This document shows, piece after piece, positions 40,087 through 50,110 of a stretch of DNA of 64,000 nt. The notes below the pieces were generated by a model, which was not told the origin of the DNA, did not search any database, and was given only the letters and a program-made list of their open reading frames with translations. Source of the stretch: an uncultured virus (IMG/VR IMGVR_UViG_3300000255_000001) (lineage: Duplodnaviria > Heunggongvirae > Uroviricota > Caudoviricetes). The stretch is taken from IMG/VR virus record IMGVR_UViG_3300000255_000001. One strand, given 5' to 3'. Both the position numbers and the translations under genes were made by a program. The first letter of the stretch is position 1; each line of letters opens with the position of its first letter.

Positions 40087-41916
40087 ATGAAACTACATGA
40101 TCTTGTCAGTCGTAATGTATTAAAAAATCGGCGCAGTTATAAACGCAAATCCAAATATGAGACAGGTTATTCTGCTGATAATATGGTATATAAAAACTTT
40201 ATCAAAGACATCTATGAGGCGGGCGACGAAACAATGCCAAAGTATTTGTATCATGCTACATTTACTAAGAACGTTCCTAGCATTAAGCAAAAAGGATTGC
40301 TACAATTCCAGCCTAGTTTATGGATTAAAGGCCCAGGTGGTAGTAGATATAACGAAGAAGCAGGTATATTTGCATTTGATGATCCAGAAGATGCATTAAA
40401 CTGGGCAGGCAAAATGGCTTGGGAGTTTCGTGATACAGATAAAGACATTTCCATTATACGTATTGATATGGAAGATGAGATTTGGGATGATGACCCGGCA
40501 GAAGATCCATTTGTTGCTAATAAAGGCAGAGCATTACGAAGTGGTTCAGATATCAGAGCAGACAGAATTATAGATGCTATTAGAGTAGATGATTTAGGTA
40601 AGCCTGGTGATCTTGGTATATCACGAGATGAGTGGTTAGCACAAGTTACCCCGAAGTTACGCGAAGGCGATATGAAAGCAGATCGCGAAGCAGGTATTGA
40701 GTATGTAGACGATCCAGATTGGGAACGTTTACACGATATAGATGATAAAATTATACAGGCGTATATAGACCATAAAGAACCTAAAAAAGAACTTACTGAA
40801 GGTGTAAATGATCCGCATATTTTTAAAGCGGTGTTTATGGCTGGTGGCCCTGGTTCAGGCAAGAGTTATATGTCACGAGCAATGCTTGGTGGCAGTGGAC
40901 TTAAAGTAGTTAATACAGATCAAGCATTAGAATACTTAATGGTTAAACACGATTTAGATCCTAAAATGCCTGATGAAGAACAAGCAGATAGGGATGTTCA
41001 ACGTGGTCGTGCTAAAGAATTAACAAATACTCGTAGAGGTAATTATCTTGATGGTAGACTAGGACTTATTATTGATGGTACTGCTAAAGATTATGAGAAA
41101 ATCGCAAAAGCAAAGAAAGATTTAGAAGATATTGGATATGAAACACGAATGATATTTGTTAATACCAATCTTGAAACGGCGCAAGGACGAAACATGCAAC
41201 GCCCAGAACGCTCTGTTCCAGAAAAATTATTAAACAAGGGATGGAAAATGGCCCAAGAAAATGTTGGAAATTTCCAAATGTTATTTGGCCGTAATGATTT
41301 TTATGTAATAGATAATTCAGAAAATTCAGAGAATGAAGATCGTGTGAAAAAAGCATATAATAGTATGCAACGTTGGTTAGCAACACCAGTTACAAATAGA
41401 GAAGCATTGGATTGGATGGACCAACAATCAGGGTTTAGTGAAGGACTTGCTACAATTACAGAAGATGCTTGTGGTGATTGCTTTAGTAAAGCAGGCCGTG
41501 CTTTGATGGATACAGAAGAAATGTTGATAGACAATACAACATTAGTTCATGCATTAGTGCGTGGCCAAGGCAAATTAGAAGGACGCAGATTCCCACACGC
41601 ATGGACTGAGATGGGTGATGTAGTGTTTGATCAAGCCAATGGTAATAATATTGTAATGCGTAAGGAACAATATTATAAACTAGGCGGTGTTGAAGAAACA
41701 AAAGGTGCTTTTGCTAGATATGAACATCATAAAGGTCTTGCTAATATGTTAAAACAAGGGCATTGGGGTCCTTGGGATTTAGACGATAGTTTGAATGAGG
41801 AAGAAAAGCCAGAGCATAGTAGCAGTATTGCTAATGCTTTAGAAGGTAAGAGTCCGCATAAAAAAGGCACGAAGAAATATAAGAAGCACATGGCGGCAAT
41901 GCACGCCAATATGTAG
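40087..41916 (+). CDS. multidomain (polyvalent) protein: ADP-ribosyltransferase-like + zeta-toxin-like P-loop kinase + papain/transglutaminase-like domains
   Basis: LYHATF..NVPSIKQKGL; KAVFMAGGPGSGKS..IIDGT..R...R; GDCF..HAWTE..D. TAAATA-N5-ATG start. Confidence 0.7.
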   Translation: MKLHDLVSRNVLKNRRSYKRKSKYETGYSADNMVYKNFIKDIYEAGDETMPKYLYHATFTKNVPSIKQKGLLQFQPSLWIKGPGGSRYNEEAGIFAFDDPEDALNWAGKMAWEFRDTDKDISIIRIDMEDEIWDDDPAEDPFVANKGRALRSGSDIRADRIIDAIRVDDLGKPGDLGISRDEWLAQVTPKLREGDMKADREAGIEYVDDPDWERLHDIDDKIIQAYIDHKEPKKELTEGVNDPHIFKAVFMAGGPGSGKSYMSRAMLGGSGLKVVNTDQALEYLMVKHDLDPKMPDEEQADRDVQRGRAKELTNTRRGNYLDGRLGLIIDGTAKDYEKIAKAKKDLEDIGYETRMIFVNTNLETAQGRNMQRPERSVPEKLLNKGWKMAQENVGNFQMLFGRNDFYVIDNSENSENEDRVKKAYNSMQRWLATPVTNREALDWMDQQSGFSEGLATITEDACGDCFSKAGRALMDTEEMLIDNTTLVHALVRGQGKLEGRRFPHAWTEMGDVVFDQANGNNIVMRKEQYYKLGGVEETKGAFARYEHHKGLANMLKQGHWGPWDLDDSLNEEEKPEHSSSIANALEGKSPHKKGTKKYKKHMAAMHANM

Positions 41917-41934
41917 TCAGATAAGTATATAATA

Positions 41935-42915
41935 ATGAACATAAAAGATATTTTAACTGAAAAAACTGAAACAGATAGAGTGACAATTGCAGATCCAAGA
42001 GTTAAATCTGGTACTACTGTTGATCCAACGGCACCAAAAGTATCTGTGTCTAAATCAGATCTAATACAACGAACAGAAAAACAAAAGAAAATAGCTGCAA
42101 GTCGTCCTAAAAACCCCAACAAAGATAGATTATCTGGTTATTTTAAAGATCCTAGAACAGGACAAATTGTAAGTGAGCCAAGTAGTTATACCTCATATGG
42201 TACAAAAGGACAACCAGGTCATAAGGAAGTACGCACTGGCCCAGATCTTAAAGGTTTAGCAGATCAACGTCGTGATAAAGAGGCAGAGACAGGTAAATCA
42301 AAATATTATGATCGTAATATTTTAGGTCAAAAACATGCTGAGTATGATCTTGATCGAGAATTAAAAGATACAGATTTGCGCCGTGGAGCTAAAGTACAAG
42401 TAGTGGATCAAATAAGAGCTGATGCCTATGTTAAAAAAGGTGATCCAAGAGATAAAAGGCTCGAGGTAAGCGTTGAGAGGGATAAAGACGGTAAGAAAGT
42501 AAGAAAAGAAGTATGGCAATCCGACCTTGATGCAAAAAAGGCAGAAGACGATAAAAGTCAGAAGAAATGGGAAGAAAAATATGGCAATTATGGTACTAAT
42601 ATGGCCAAGAAGCGAGTATTGCAAGATTATGTAAAACAAGATCCAACCAATAAAAAGTTACAAGCAAAACTTGATGCACATCTGAAAGATATGGATCGAA
42701 CAAAAATTGATACTGGGCGCCAAGCAATGAAATTATATAGAGCGACTGATAAACCATTAATAAAAAATAGTTTCTTAGCAGATCCTTATTCTGGAATTCC
42801 CGCCAGTAAACTAGCACGTAATCCAGAATATGCTAAAGAATTATATCAGTTTGCAAAGGAAACTGGTAATACAAAACAAATGGATCGCTTGGCTGAACTT
42901 GGTTATAGCGATTAA
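41935..42915 (+). CDS. highly charged hypothetical protein, possible internal head protein
   Basis: MNIKDILTE N-terminus, K/D/R-rich. Confidence 0.55.
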   Translation: MNIKDILTEKTETDRVTIADPRVKSGTTVDPTAPKVSVSKSDLIQRTEKQKKIAASRPKNPNKDRLSGYFKDPRTGQIVSEPSSYTSYGTKGQPGHKEVRTGPDLKGLADQRRDKEAETGKSKYYDRNILGQKHAEYDLDRELKDTDLRRGAKVQVVDQIRADAYVKKGDPRDKRLEVSVERDKDGKKVRKEVWQSDLDAKKAEDDKSQKKWEEKYGNYGTNMAKKRVLQDYVKQDPTNKKLQAKLDAHLKDMDRTKIDTGRQAMKLYRATDKPLIKNSFLADPYSGIPASKLARNPEYAKELYQFAKETGNTKQMDRLAELGYSD

Positions 42916-42926
42916 TCGGATTCTGC

Positions 42927-42955
42927 TTGACACAATACTAAAATCACTATATAAT
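42927..42955 (+). promoter_or_regulatory. sigma70-type promoter
   Basis: TTGACA-N17-TATAAT, with ATG 7 nt downstream. Confidence 0.8.
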
Positions 42956-42962
42956 ATGATGT

Positions 42963-43268
42963 ATGCCTGAAAAGAAAACAATACATTTTTATCTTGATAG
43001 CGATTGGGATTTTAAACCACCAGTTATACGTATATGGATAGATAATTTTCTAATCTCTGAAAGGGGAGTAACTCCTCGAAAGAAGAATAATGAATATTTA
43101 GAAGAAATAGTTACTATAAATTTTAAAAAAGGTTTACACAAAATTATAGTAGAAAATATAAAAACAGCATTAGCAGAAATAAAATTACATAAAATTATAA
43201 TGGAAGACGAAGAAATACCATTTAAAACAAAAGACGGTATCTATTATGAAGCGAAATTGAGAATATAA
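42963..43268 (+). CDS. hypothetical beta-rich protein
   Basis: PPVIRIWIDNFLISER..GLHKIIVEN. Confidence 0.6.
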   Translation: MPEKKTIHFYLDSDWDFKPPVIRIWIDNFLISERGVTPRKKNNEYLEEIVTINFKKGLHKIIVENIKTALAEIKLHKIIMEDEEIPFKTKDGIYYEAKLRI

Positions 43269-44075
43269 ATGTTACGAATTAAATTACAACAAGGCTCAAA
43301 AGAAAACACAGCATATCGTATAAAAATTAATCATGAAACGATTGATCAAGGCATTTTAGTTGATGAGGTAGAGTTTTTAGAGTATAAAGGAATAGATTTT
43401 AAAAATTCAAATAATGATGTAGTATCAATATCATGTACTAATTTTCTTGCTGGCAGAGAAATTTATATAAAAGCAATAGAAATAGATAATACTAGTATTA
43501 TTGCTGGAGATAATTTTAAATATGAAACTATTGTTAGTGGATGCTGTGAGGATATTCAACAAGTAATTGATGGTAATTATAGTGATGTGGTTAACATGGA
43601 CAGGGCAGGATCCGTTGGACATTGGATTTTTAAAGTATCTTCAAATGAAGAAAAATCCCCAAGGCCCGGATTTTCCGAGCCGGACTCAGTTCTGATATGT
43701 TTTTGGAATGACAATGAAAAAGAATTCACCCCATGCCTATTAGATCCAACTCGTCAACAAGTATTAGACAAAGAGAGAGCTGAATGCCAACGAATATTAG
43801 ACATAGAAAGAGCCGATCATCAAAAAAAATTAAACGAAGAAATTGCAGAATTTAAAATAGCAGTTGACGATTGGAATAAAAATGATAACGATCCTGCATT
43901 AGAAAGAGCTAAAGTGGTATGGAACGAAATGTGGGCTTGGCGAGGAATGGGAATGGATGCTAGATTTTTTGGCCCCGATGGCGTGAGTCAGAAATTAAAT
44001 GATGGCAGGGGGGAAGACTCTATTTCCTATAAAGGAATAGACAAACCAATTATTAAAGAAGGAGATAATCAATGA
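43269..44075 (+). CDS. hypothetical protein
   Basis: 268-aa ORF, IKAIEID, C-terminal coiled coil. Confidence 0.55.
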   Translation: MLRIKLQQGSKENTAYRIKINHETIDQGILVDEVEFLEYKGIDFKNSNNDVVSISCTNFLAGREIYIKAIEIDNTSIIAGDNFKYETIVSGCCEDIQQVIDGNYSDVVNMDRAGSVGHWIFKVSSNEEKSPRPGFSEPDSVLICFWNDNEKEFTPCLLDPTRQQVLDKERAECQRILDIERADHQKKLNEEIAEFKIAVDDWNKNDNDPALERAKVVWNEMWAWRGMGMDARFFGPDGVSQKLNDGRGEDSISYKGIDKPIIKEGDNQ

Positions 44076-44287
44076 ATTTAAAAAGAGAAGTGATAGAAGC
44101 GAAGGAAAGGCTTGACAAGATAGAAGCGGCGATTGCTGGATTGCTAATATCGCCACCACCAGTAACAATAGCAGAAACCAAATCTGTTAAAAAAGTTACA
44201 GCAAAAAAGAAAGCAAAAGCAAAGAAAAAATCAGACCCAACGTCTGTAAAAACAACATCTGATCAAATAGCACAGGTAGAAATGTAA
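44072..44287 (+). CDS. small Lys-rich protein
   Basis: SD AGGAG, coupled at both ends. Confidence 0.55.
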   Translation: MNLKREVIEAKERLDKIEAAIAGLLISPPPVTIAETKSVKKVTAKKKAKAKKKSDPTSVKTTSDQIAQVEM

Positions 44288-44550
44288 TGGCGCATGGCGG
44301 ATCATATACCCCAGAAGAAAAAGCAAGGCTAACACAGTTGGTAAGTGAAGGCACTAGAGTATTACAAGAAGTAGATGACCTTAAAGAAGGATTGCGTGAT
44401 ACAGTTAAAGCAATTGCTGAGGAAATGGATTGTAAACCAACAATTCTTAATAAAGCAATACGTACAGCATATAAATCAGATTGGCAGGAACAATTAGCGG
44501 ACATAGGTGATTTAGAAGGTATTTTGGAAACAGTTGGTAAAACTTTATAA
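44287..44550 (+). CDS. dsDNA-binding protein (T4 DsbA/GapR-like)
   Basis: EKARLTQLVSEG..VLQEVDDLKEGLRDTVKAIAEE..KPTILNKAIR. Confidence 0.65.
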   Translation: MAHGGSYTPEEKARLTQLVSEGTRVLQEVDDLKEGLRDTVKAIAEEMDCKPTILNKAIRTAYKSDWQEQLADIGDLEGILETVGKTL

Positions 44551-44612
44551 TAGTGTATTATAACTACTCTTCTACAGAGTAAATATAGTATAACATTTAG
44601 GGAGCGACATAG

Positions 44613-45701
44613 GTGTTAAACATTAGAGAGATACCGATTGGTTCGCACGAGCGAGTATTACGTGCTACTGACGATACAACTGGCCTGGATGCTATAGTAG
44701 CGATTCATAACACTAAACTAGGACCCGCTTTAGGCGGGTGTCGCTATCTTAAGTATGCTGGTTATGAAGAGCAACGTTATGACGCATTGCGTTTATCAAA
44801 AGGTATGACTTATAAAAATGCCTTAGCAGGATTACATTTTGGTGGTGGTAAATCTACTATAAACGCTAACACAGCAAAATCTCCTGACTTGTGGAGATCA
44901 TTTGCAGAAGTATTGGACTATACAGCAGGCACATATTATGGTGCTGGCGATGTAGGAACTAATGTAAATGATTTAGATGAAATACACAAACATACACAAT
45001 ATGTATTGGGATTTGGTGGTCAAGATTCTGGATGGGCCACAGCATATGGTTTATACTGTGCTACAAAAGGACTATTAAGAGTATTAGACGATACTAGTAA
45101 AGTTAATTGGACTGGCAAATCATTTTCGGTAGTTGGGTTAGGCAAAGTAGGTAGCAGATTAATTAACTTCTTATCAGAACACCCAGTTAAGGTTTATGCT
45201 ACAGACATACGCAAAGCTGCATTTAGGAATTTAAGAACAGCATTACAACACTTAAATACTCATTCTGATTTTGAATTAATATGGAGTGAAACTGATAACG
45301 ATATACACGATATTGCTACAGATGTATATATGCCTTGTGCATTAGGCGGCACAATTACTCCAGACTTTATTAAAACTTTTAAAAGCAAAGCTATATGTGG
45401 TGGAGCAAATAATCAATTACGCACAACTAATGATGGAGATATATTACATAAAGAGGGTATATTATATGTTCCCGATTATCTTTCTAATGCCGGCGGTGTG
45501 ATTTTTATTAGTGCCGCATCCAATATAACGCATGATATAACAACAACACTTGATATAGAATGGGATGATCCAATGGTAAAGCCAAAATTATTAGCACTAC
45601 ATGAAAAAGCGTATGATATACTTAAAACCAGTCAAGAAGAAGACAAACCAACTACACAAGTTGCTAAAGAAATGGTAGATAGTAAGGTAAAAGGCTTGTA
45701 A
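44613..45701 (+). CDS. Glu/Leu/Phe/Val family amino-acid dehydrogenase
   Basis: IVAIHNTKLGPALGGCR, LRLSKGMTYKNA, GGGK, GLGKVG, PCALGG, GGANNQL, PDYLSNAGG. Confidence 0.92.
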   Translation: MLNIREIPIGSHERVLRATDDTTGLDAIVAIHNTKLGPALGGCRYLKYAGYEEQRYDALRLSKGMTYKNALAGLHFGGGKSTINANTAKSPDLWRSFAEVLDYTAGTYYGAGDVGTNVNDLDEIHKHTQYVLGFGGQDSGWATAYGLYCATKGLLRVLDDTSKVNWTGKSFSVVGLGKVGSRLINFLSEHPVKVYATDIRKAAFRNLRTALQHLNTHSDFELIWSETDNDIHDIATDVYMPCALGGTITPDFIKTFKSKAICGGANNQLRTTNDGDILHKEGILYVPDYLSNAGGVIFISAASNITHDITTTLDIEWDDPMVKPKLLALHEKAYDILKTSQEEDKPTTQVAKEMVDSKVKGL

Positions 45702-45724
45702 TTTCTACACTTTTCTGCTATAAT
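45696..45724 (+). promoter_or_regulatory. sigma70-type promoter of DNA polymerase
   Basis: TTGTAA-N17-TATAAT (extended TG), with ATG 6 nt downstream. Confidence 0.7.
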
Positions 45725-45730
45725 TAGTTA

Positions 45731-48382
45731 ATGTATATTGATGCTTATTTAGATAAAGAACAAGAATGTATTAACGTTGCAGAACGAATTAACGGCAAGC
45801 GTCAATACAAACAGTATCCTGTAGAGTATGTTTTCTATTATGATGATATAAAAGGAAAGCATAAAACTATACACGACAGACCTGTTAGTAGATTTTATTC
45901 TAAAAACAAAAAAGAGTTTAATAGAGAACTCAAAATTAATAGTAGGAATCAAACTTATGAAAGTGACATTAATCCGATCTTTAGGTGTCTTGCTGATAAT
46001 TATCTTGACGCCGATTCTCCTATTCTTAATATTTGCTACGTAGACATTGAGGCCGACTTTGATCCTGAAAAGGGATTTAGTCAACCAGAAGATCCTACTG
46101 CATCAGTAACTGCAATTACAGTATATCTCGGTCAATTACAACAATTGATAACTTTAGCATTGAAACCAAAAACAATGCATGAGGATATAGCACAAGGTGT
46201 TGTAAAGAACTTTGAAAATACATTTGTCTATAACAGCGAAGCACAACTACTACAAACATTTTTAGACTTAATAGAAGATAGTGATATCATAACTGGCTGG
46301 AACAGTGAAGGGTATGACTTGCCATATCTCGTTAATAGAGTTATTCGTGTATTAAGTAAAGATGATACAAGGCGCTTTTGTTTATGGGATCAATTCCCAA
46401 AAAAATTCTCATATGAGAAATACGGGGGCGAACAAATAAGTTTTAAATTGACAGGCAGAGTGCATTTAGACTATTTAGAATTGTATCGCAAATATACATA
46501 TCATGAGATGCACAGTTATAGTCTCGACACAGTAGCGGAGTATGAATTACAAGACAAGAAAATTCCATATGAAGGCACGTTAGACCAATTATACAATACA
46601 GACTTTGAAAAGTTTATAGAGTATAACAGGCAGGATGTTATGCTTATTGTGCGTATGGATGAGAAATTAAGATTTATTGACCTAGCAAACGAACTGGCAC
46701 ATCAAAACACTGTGCTATTACCCACAACAATGGGGGCAGTAGCAGTAACAGAGCAAGCGATTATTAATGAAGCACACGCACAAGGTTTAGTAGTTCCTAA
46801 TAAACCTGACAGGGATGACAGCAAAACGGTTACGGCCGCTGGTGCATATGTAGCAACGCCCATGAAAGGATTACATCATTGGATTGGCTCAGTGGATATA
46901 AACAGTCTGTATCCAAGTGCTATACGAGCATTAAACATGAGTCCAGAAACTATCATAGGACAATTGCGTCCTACTATGACGCAGAATCATATCAATAGTG
47001 TTATTGCATCAGGCAAAACTCAATCAGATGGCTGGGAAGGACAGTTTGGCTCGTTAGAATATGAAGCAGTAATGAACAGAGAGTCAAATACAGAAATTAC
47101 TATTGACTGGGAAGATGGCAAGGAAGAAGTTAAAACAGCATTAGATATACACGGTATTGTGTTTGGTAAGCATGGCAACAAATTACTATTAAGTGCAAAT
47201 GGCACATTATTTAGGAATGATAGAAAAGGAATTATTCCTGGATTGTTGGAAAAGTGGTATGCTGAACGTAAGCAAATGCAAACAAAATTGCACAAAGCCA
47301 AGACACAAAAAGATATTGTATTTTGGGATAAAAGGCAACTTGTAAAGAAAATTAATCTAAATAGTTTATATGGTGCATTGTTAAATCCATATTGTAGATT
47401 CTTTGACATGCGTTTAGGACAAAGCACTACATTATGTGGCAGAACTATCACAAAGCACATGGCAAGTTATATAAACAAAATTATAACAGGCAATTATGAG
47501 CATGATGGTGATGCTATTATATATGGCGACACAGACAGTTGTTATTTCTCAACATATGATATACTTAAAGAGGATATAGATGCAGGCAACATTCCGTGGG
47601 ATAAAGAAACAGTTATTGAATTGTATGATAACGTAGCAGAGGAAGTTAATAAATCATTTCCAGCATTTATGGCACAGAGTTTTAACTGTACAAAGGAATT
47701 AGGTGACATTATTAAGTGTGAGCGTGAGATTGTTGCAAGTAGTGGTTTGTTTATAACTAAGAAGCGATATGCTACTCTTATATATGATTTAGAAGGTAAA
47801 CGTGTAGATCAAGACGGCCCTGGCAAGGTAAAAGCAATGGGCATGGACTTAAAGAGATCAGATACGCCAGTAATTATGCAAGACTTTCTAAATATACTAT
47901 TGCTAGATGTTTTAACAAATATAAAAGAAGCAGAGATTATAGAGAAAATTAAAGCATTTAAGTTTGACTTTGCTGACAAACCAGGATGGGAAAAGGGAAC
48001 TCCGAAACGGGTAAATAATTTAACAATGTATACTAAACGTGAAGAACGCGAAGGTAAAGCAAATATGCCAGGGCATGTCAGAGCGGCAATGAACTGGAAT
48101 AACCTGCGGGATATGAATAGCGACAAGTATAGTATGCAAATAATGGATGGCCAAAAGACTATAGTATGTAAGTTAAAGAGCAATCCAATGGGCATAACCA
48201 GTGTAGCCTATCCAATTGATGAAGTAAGGTTACCAGACTGGTTTAAAGAACTTCCATTTGATCATATTGCTATGGAAGAAACAATTATCGATAAAAAAAT
48301 AGGGAATCTATTAAATGTTATGAAGTGGGATTTGCGACAAGGCACATCACGCAGTACATTTGATGATTTATTTGAATTATGA
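45731..48382 (+). CDS. family B DNA polymerase (gp43-like)
   Basis: Exo DIE, GWNSEGYD, YNRQD; Pol DINSLYPS, KKINLNSLYG, YGDTDS, KKRY. Confidence 0.97.
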   Translation: MYIDAYLDKEQECINVAERINGKRQYKQYPVEYVFYYDDIKGKHKTIHDRPVSRFYSKNKKEFNRELKINSRNQTYESDINPIFRCLADNYLDADSPILNICYVDIEADFDPEKGFSQPEDPTASVTAITVYLGQLQQLITLALKPKTMHEDIAQGVVKNFENTFVYNSEAQLLQTFLDLIEDSDIITGWNSEGYDLPYLVNRVIRVLSKDDTRRFCLWDQFPKKFSYEKYGGEQISFKLTGRVHLDYLELYRKYTYHEMHSYSLDTVAEYELQDKKIPYEGTLDQLYNTDFEKFIEYNRQDVMLIVRMDEKLRFIDLANELAHQNTVLLPTTMGAVAVTEQAIINEAHAQGLVVPNKPDRDDSKTVTAAGAYVATPMKGLHHWIGSVDINSLYPSAIRALNMSPETIIGQLRPTMTQNHINSVIASGKTQSDGWEGQFGSLEYEAVMNRESNTEITIDWEDGKEEVKTALDIHGIVFGKHGNKLLLSANGTLFRNDRKGIIPGLLEKWYAERKQMQTKLHKAKTQKDIVFWDKRQLVKKINLNSLYGALLNPYCRFFDMRLGQSTTLCGRTITKHMASYINKIITGNYEHDGDAIIYGDTDSCYFSTYDILKEDIDAGNIPWDKETVIELYDNVAEEVNKSFPAFMAQSFNCTKELGDIIKCEREIVASSGLFITKKRYATLIYDLEGKRVDQDGPGKVKAMGMDLKRSDTPVIMQDFLNILLLDVLTNIKEAEIIEKIKAFKFDFADKPGWEKGTPKRVNNLTMYTKREEREGKANMPGHVRAAMNWNNLRDMNSDKYSMQIMDGQKTIVCKLKSNPMGITSVAYPIDEVRLPDWFKELPFDHIAMEETIIDKKIGNLLNVMKWDLRQGTSRSTFDDLFEL

Positions 48383-49293
48383 ACTTATTAGAATATATTA
48401 AAGAGCGTGAGTTATTAGATAAACTTAATACTGAAGATATTAATGAAAATTTTGATGATATAAATCAAATAATAGATAATAGTACAATAAAATATAATAA
48501 GACCATATTAACAAAATTTAATAAGGAATTAAAAAATTTAGAACTTGAAATTAGAAATGTTGATTTAAAATTACAAAATACTTTTTATACAAAAATACAA
48601 CCACCACGATTAAAACAGAGTTATGCTAATTATGAAAAAACGAAAAAACATACCGATATTGAGATAATTCCTGATGATTTCTGGCGTGATGAATTAAAAG
48701 CTCTAATAATGACTAAAATTAAAAAGAATATAGATTTTCAATATCCTGGGTGTGAAATAGGCCCGCGGTCTAGTTTTTGGACAAGGGATTTAGTAGGTAT
48801 GGATCCGTTATTCTTAATTGGACCAGATTTAACACCAATTGAATATGTTAGATCCCAATTTAATAACGTATATAAACGACGAATTAGAGTGTATCAATTA
48901 GAAGATGCTAATTTTAGTTATTTGCCGCAAAACGCATTTGCATTTGTGTTTAGCTGGTACCATCTTGAATTTCTGCCATATGACATTATTAACCGATATC
49001 TAGTAGGAATATTTGATATATTAATGCCTGGTGGAACTGCTATTTTAAGTTATGCTAATTGTTTATTAGAAAAATCAGCAGAGCAGTTCGAAAACAAACA
49101 TTATTGTTATATGACTAGAGAATTAATGGAAGGATTGGCCAATAAAAATGGTTTTGACGTTATTGAGGAATCAGATTACCAATTTAGATTAAGTTGGGTT
49201 ATAATCAGAAAACCTGGGAAATTAGCAAAAGGAATTAAACACACACCTAGTATTGGTTATCTAAAAGTTCATGATCAAGAGCCAATACCTTGA
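48379..49293 (+). CDS. methyltransferase-like protein with N-terminal coiled coil
   Basis: GCEIGP, LPQNAFAFVFSW, ILMPGGTAIL. Confidence 0.6.
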   Translation: MNLLEYIKERELLDKLNTEDINENFDDINQIIDNSTIKYNKTILTKFNKELKNLELEIRNVDLKLQNTFYTKIQPPRLKQSYANYEKTKKHTDIEIIPDDFWRDELKALIMTKIKKNIDFQYPGCEIGPRSSFWTRDLVGMDPLFLIGPDLTPIEYVRSQFNNVYKRRIRVYQLEDANFSYLPQNAFAFVFSWYHLEFLPYDIINRYLVGIFDILMPGGTAILSYANCLLEKSAEQFENKHYCYMTRELMEGLANKNGFDVIEESDYQFRLSWVIIRKPGKLAKGIKHTPSIGYLKVHDQEPIP

Positions 49294-49318
49294 CAATTAA
49301 TCAATTTTATAATATAAT
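49290..49318 (+). promoter_or_regulatory. sigma70-type promoter of clamp-dpdA operon
   Basis: TTGACA-N17-TATAAT. Confidence 0.75.
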
Positions 49319-49378
49319 ATACTTTAATGTAGAAAATCACTATTTTTCTATAATATAACTTTAACGTAGGAATAATCA

Positions 49379-50110
49379 ATGAAAGATATTTTAGCAGATG
49401 TAATTAGTCATACACACGCCTTAGGCTATTTAGAAATTATTAAGGTAACCGGCACAACAACGGATACGACAATAGAGTCTATGGCTGAGGATAGGAGTGT
49501 CGTGTTACAAGCAGAAACACACGACCCAGTGTCAGAGTTTATAGGCACGTTTGGTATGCCAAACCTTAATAAACTAGACACGTTATTAAAGATTCCTGAA
49601 TATAAGGAAGATGCGAAGTTAGAACTTAGTCAACAGGAACGCAATGGTGAAGTGGTTCCTACAGGTATTCACTTTGAGAACAAAGCAGGTGACTTCCAAA
49701 ACGATTACAGATTTATGAACGCTGAAATTATAGAAAACAAACTTAAAAGCGTAAAGTTTAAAGGCGTCGAATGGGATATTGAGTTTGAGCCAAATACTCC
49801 AGCAATTATGCGTTTTGGCTATCAAGCACAAGTAAACTCAGAGGAAGATGTATTTACAGTTAAGACTGATAAAAAGAATTTAATATTTGAGTTTGGTGAT
49901 CATAGTACACACGCAGGACAGTTTGTGTTTGAAACAAGTATAGGTAGTTCATTAAAAACAGGATGGACGTGGCCAGTACAGCAAGTGTTAAAGATTTTAC
50001 ATTTAACTGGCGACAAAGTAATGTCATTTAGCGATAAAGGCGCATTGCGGGTACTAGTAGATAGCGGTTTAGCAAAATACAATTATATATTACCAGCACA
50101 AAGTAAATGA
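49379..50110 (+). CDS. DNA polymerase sliding clamp (gp45/PCNA-like)
   Basis: 243 aa with two-domain clamp-like pattern (SMAEDRSVV, FGMPNL, Y.YILPA). Near polB, with a clamp loader in the window. Confidence 0.7.
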   Translation: MKDILADVISHTHALGYLEIIKVTGTTTDTTIESMAEDRSVVLQAETHDPVSEFIGTFGMPNLNKLDTLLKIPEYKEDAKLELSQQERNGEVVPTGIHFENKAGDFQNDYRFMNAEIIENKLKSVKFKGVEWDIEFEPNTPAIMRFGYQAQVNSEEDVFTVKTDKKNLIFEFGDHSTHAGQFVFETSIGSSLKTGWTWPVQQVLKILHLTGDKVMSFSDKGALRVLVDSGLAKYNYILPAQSK

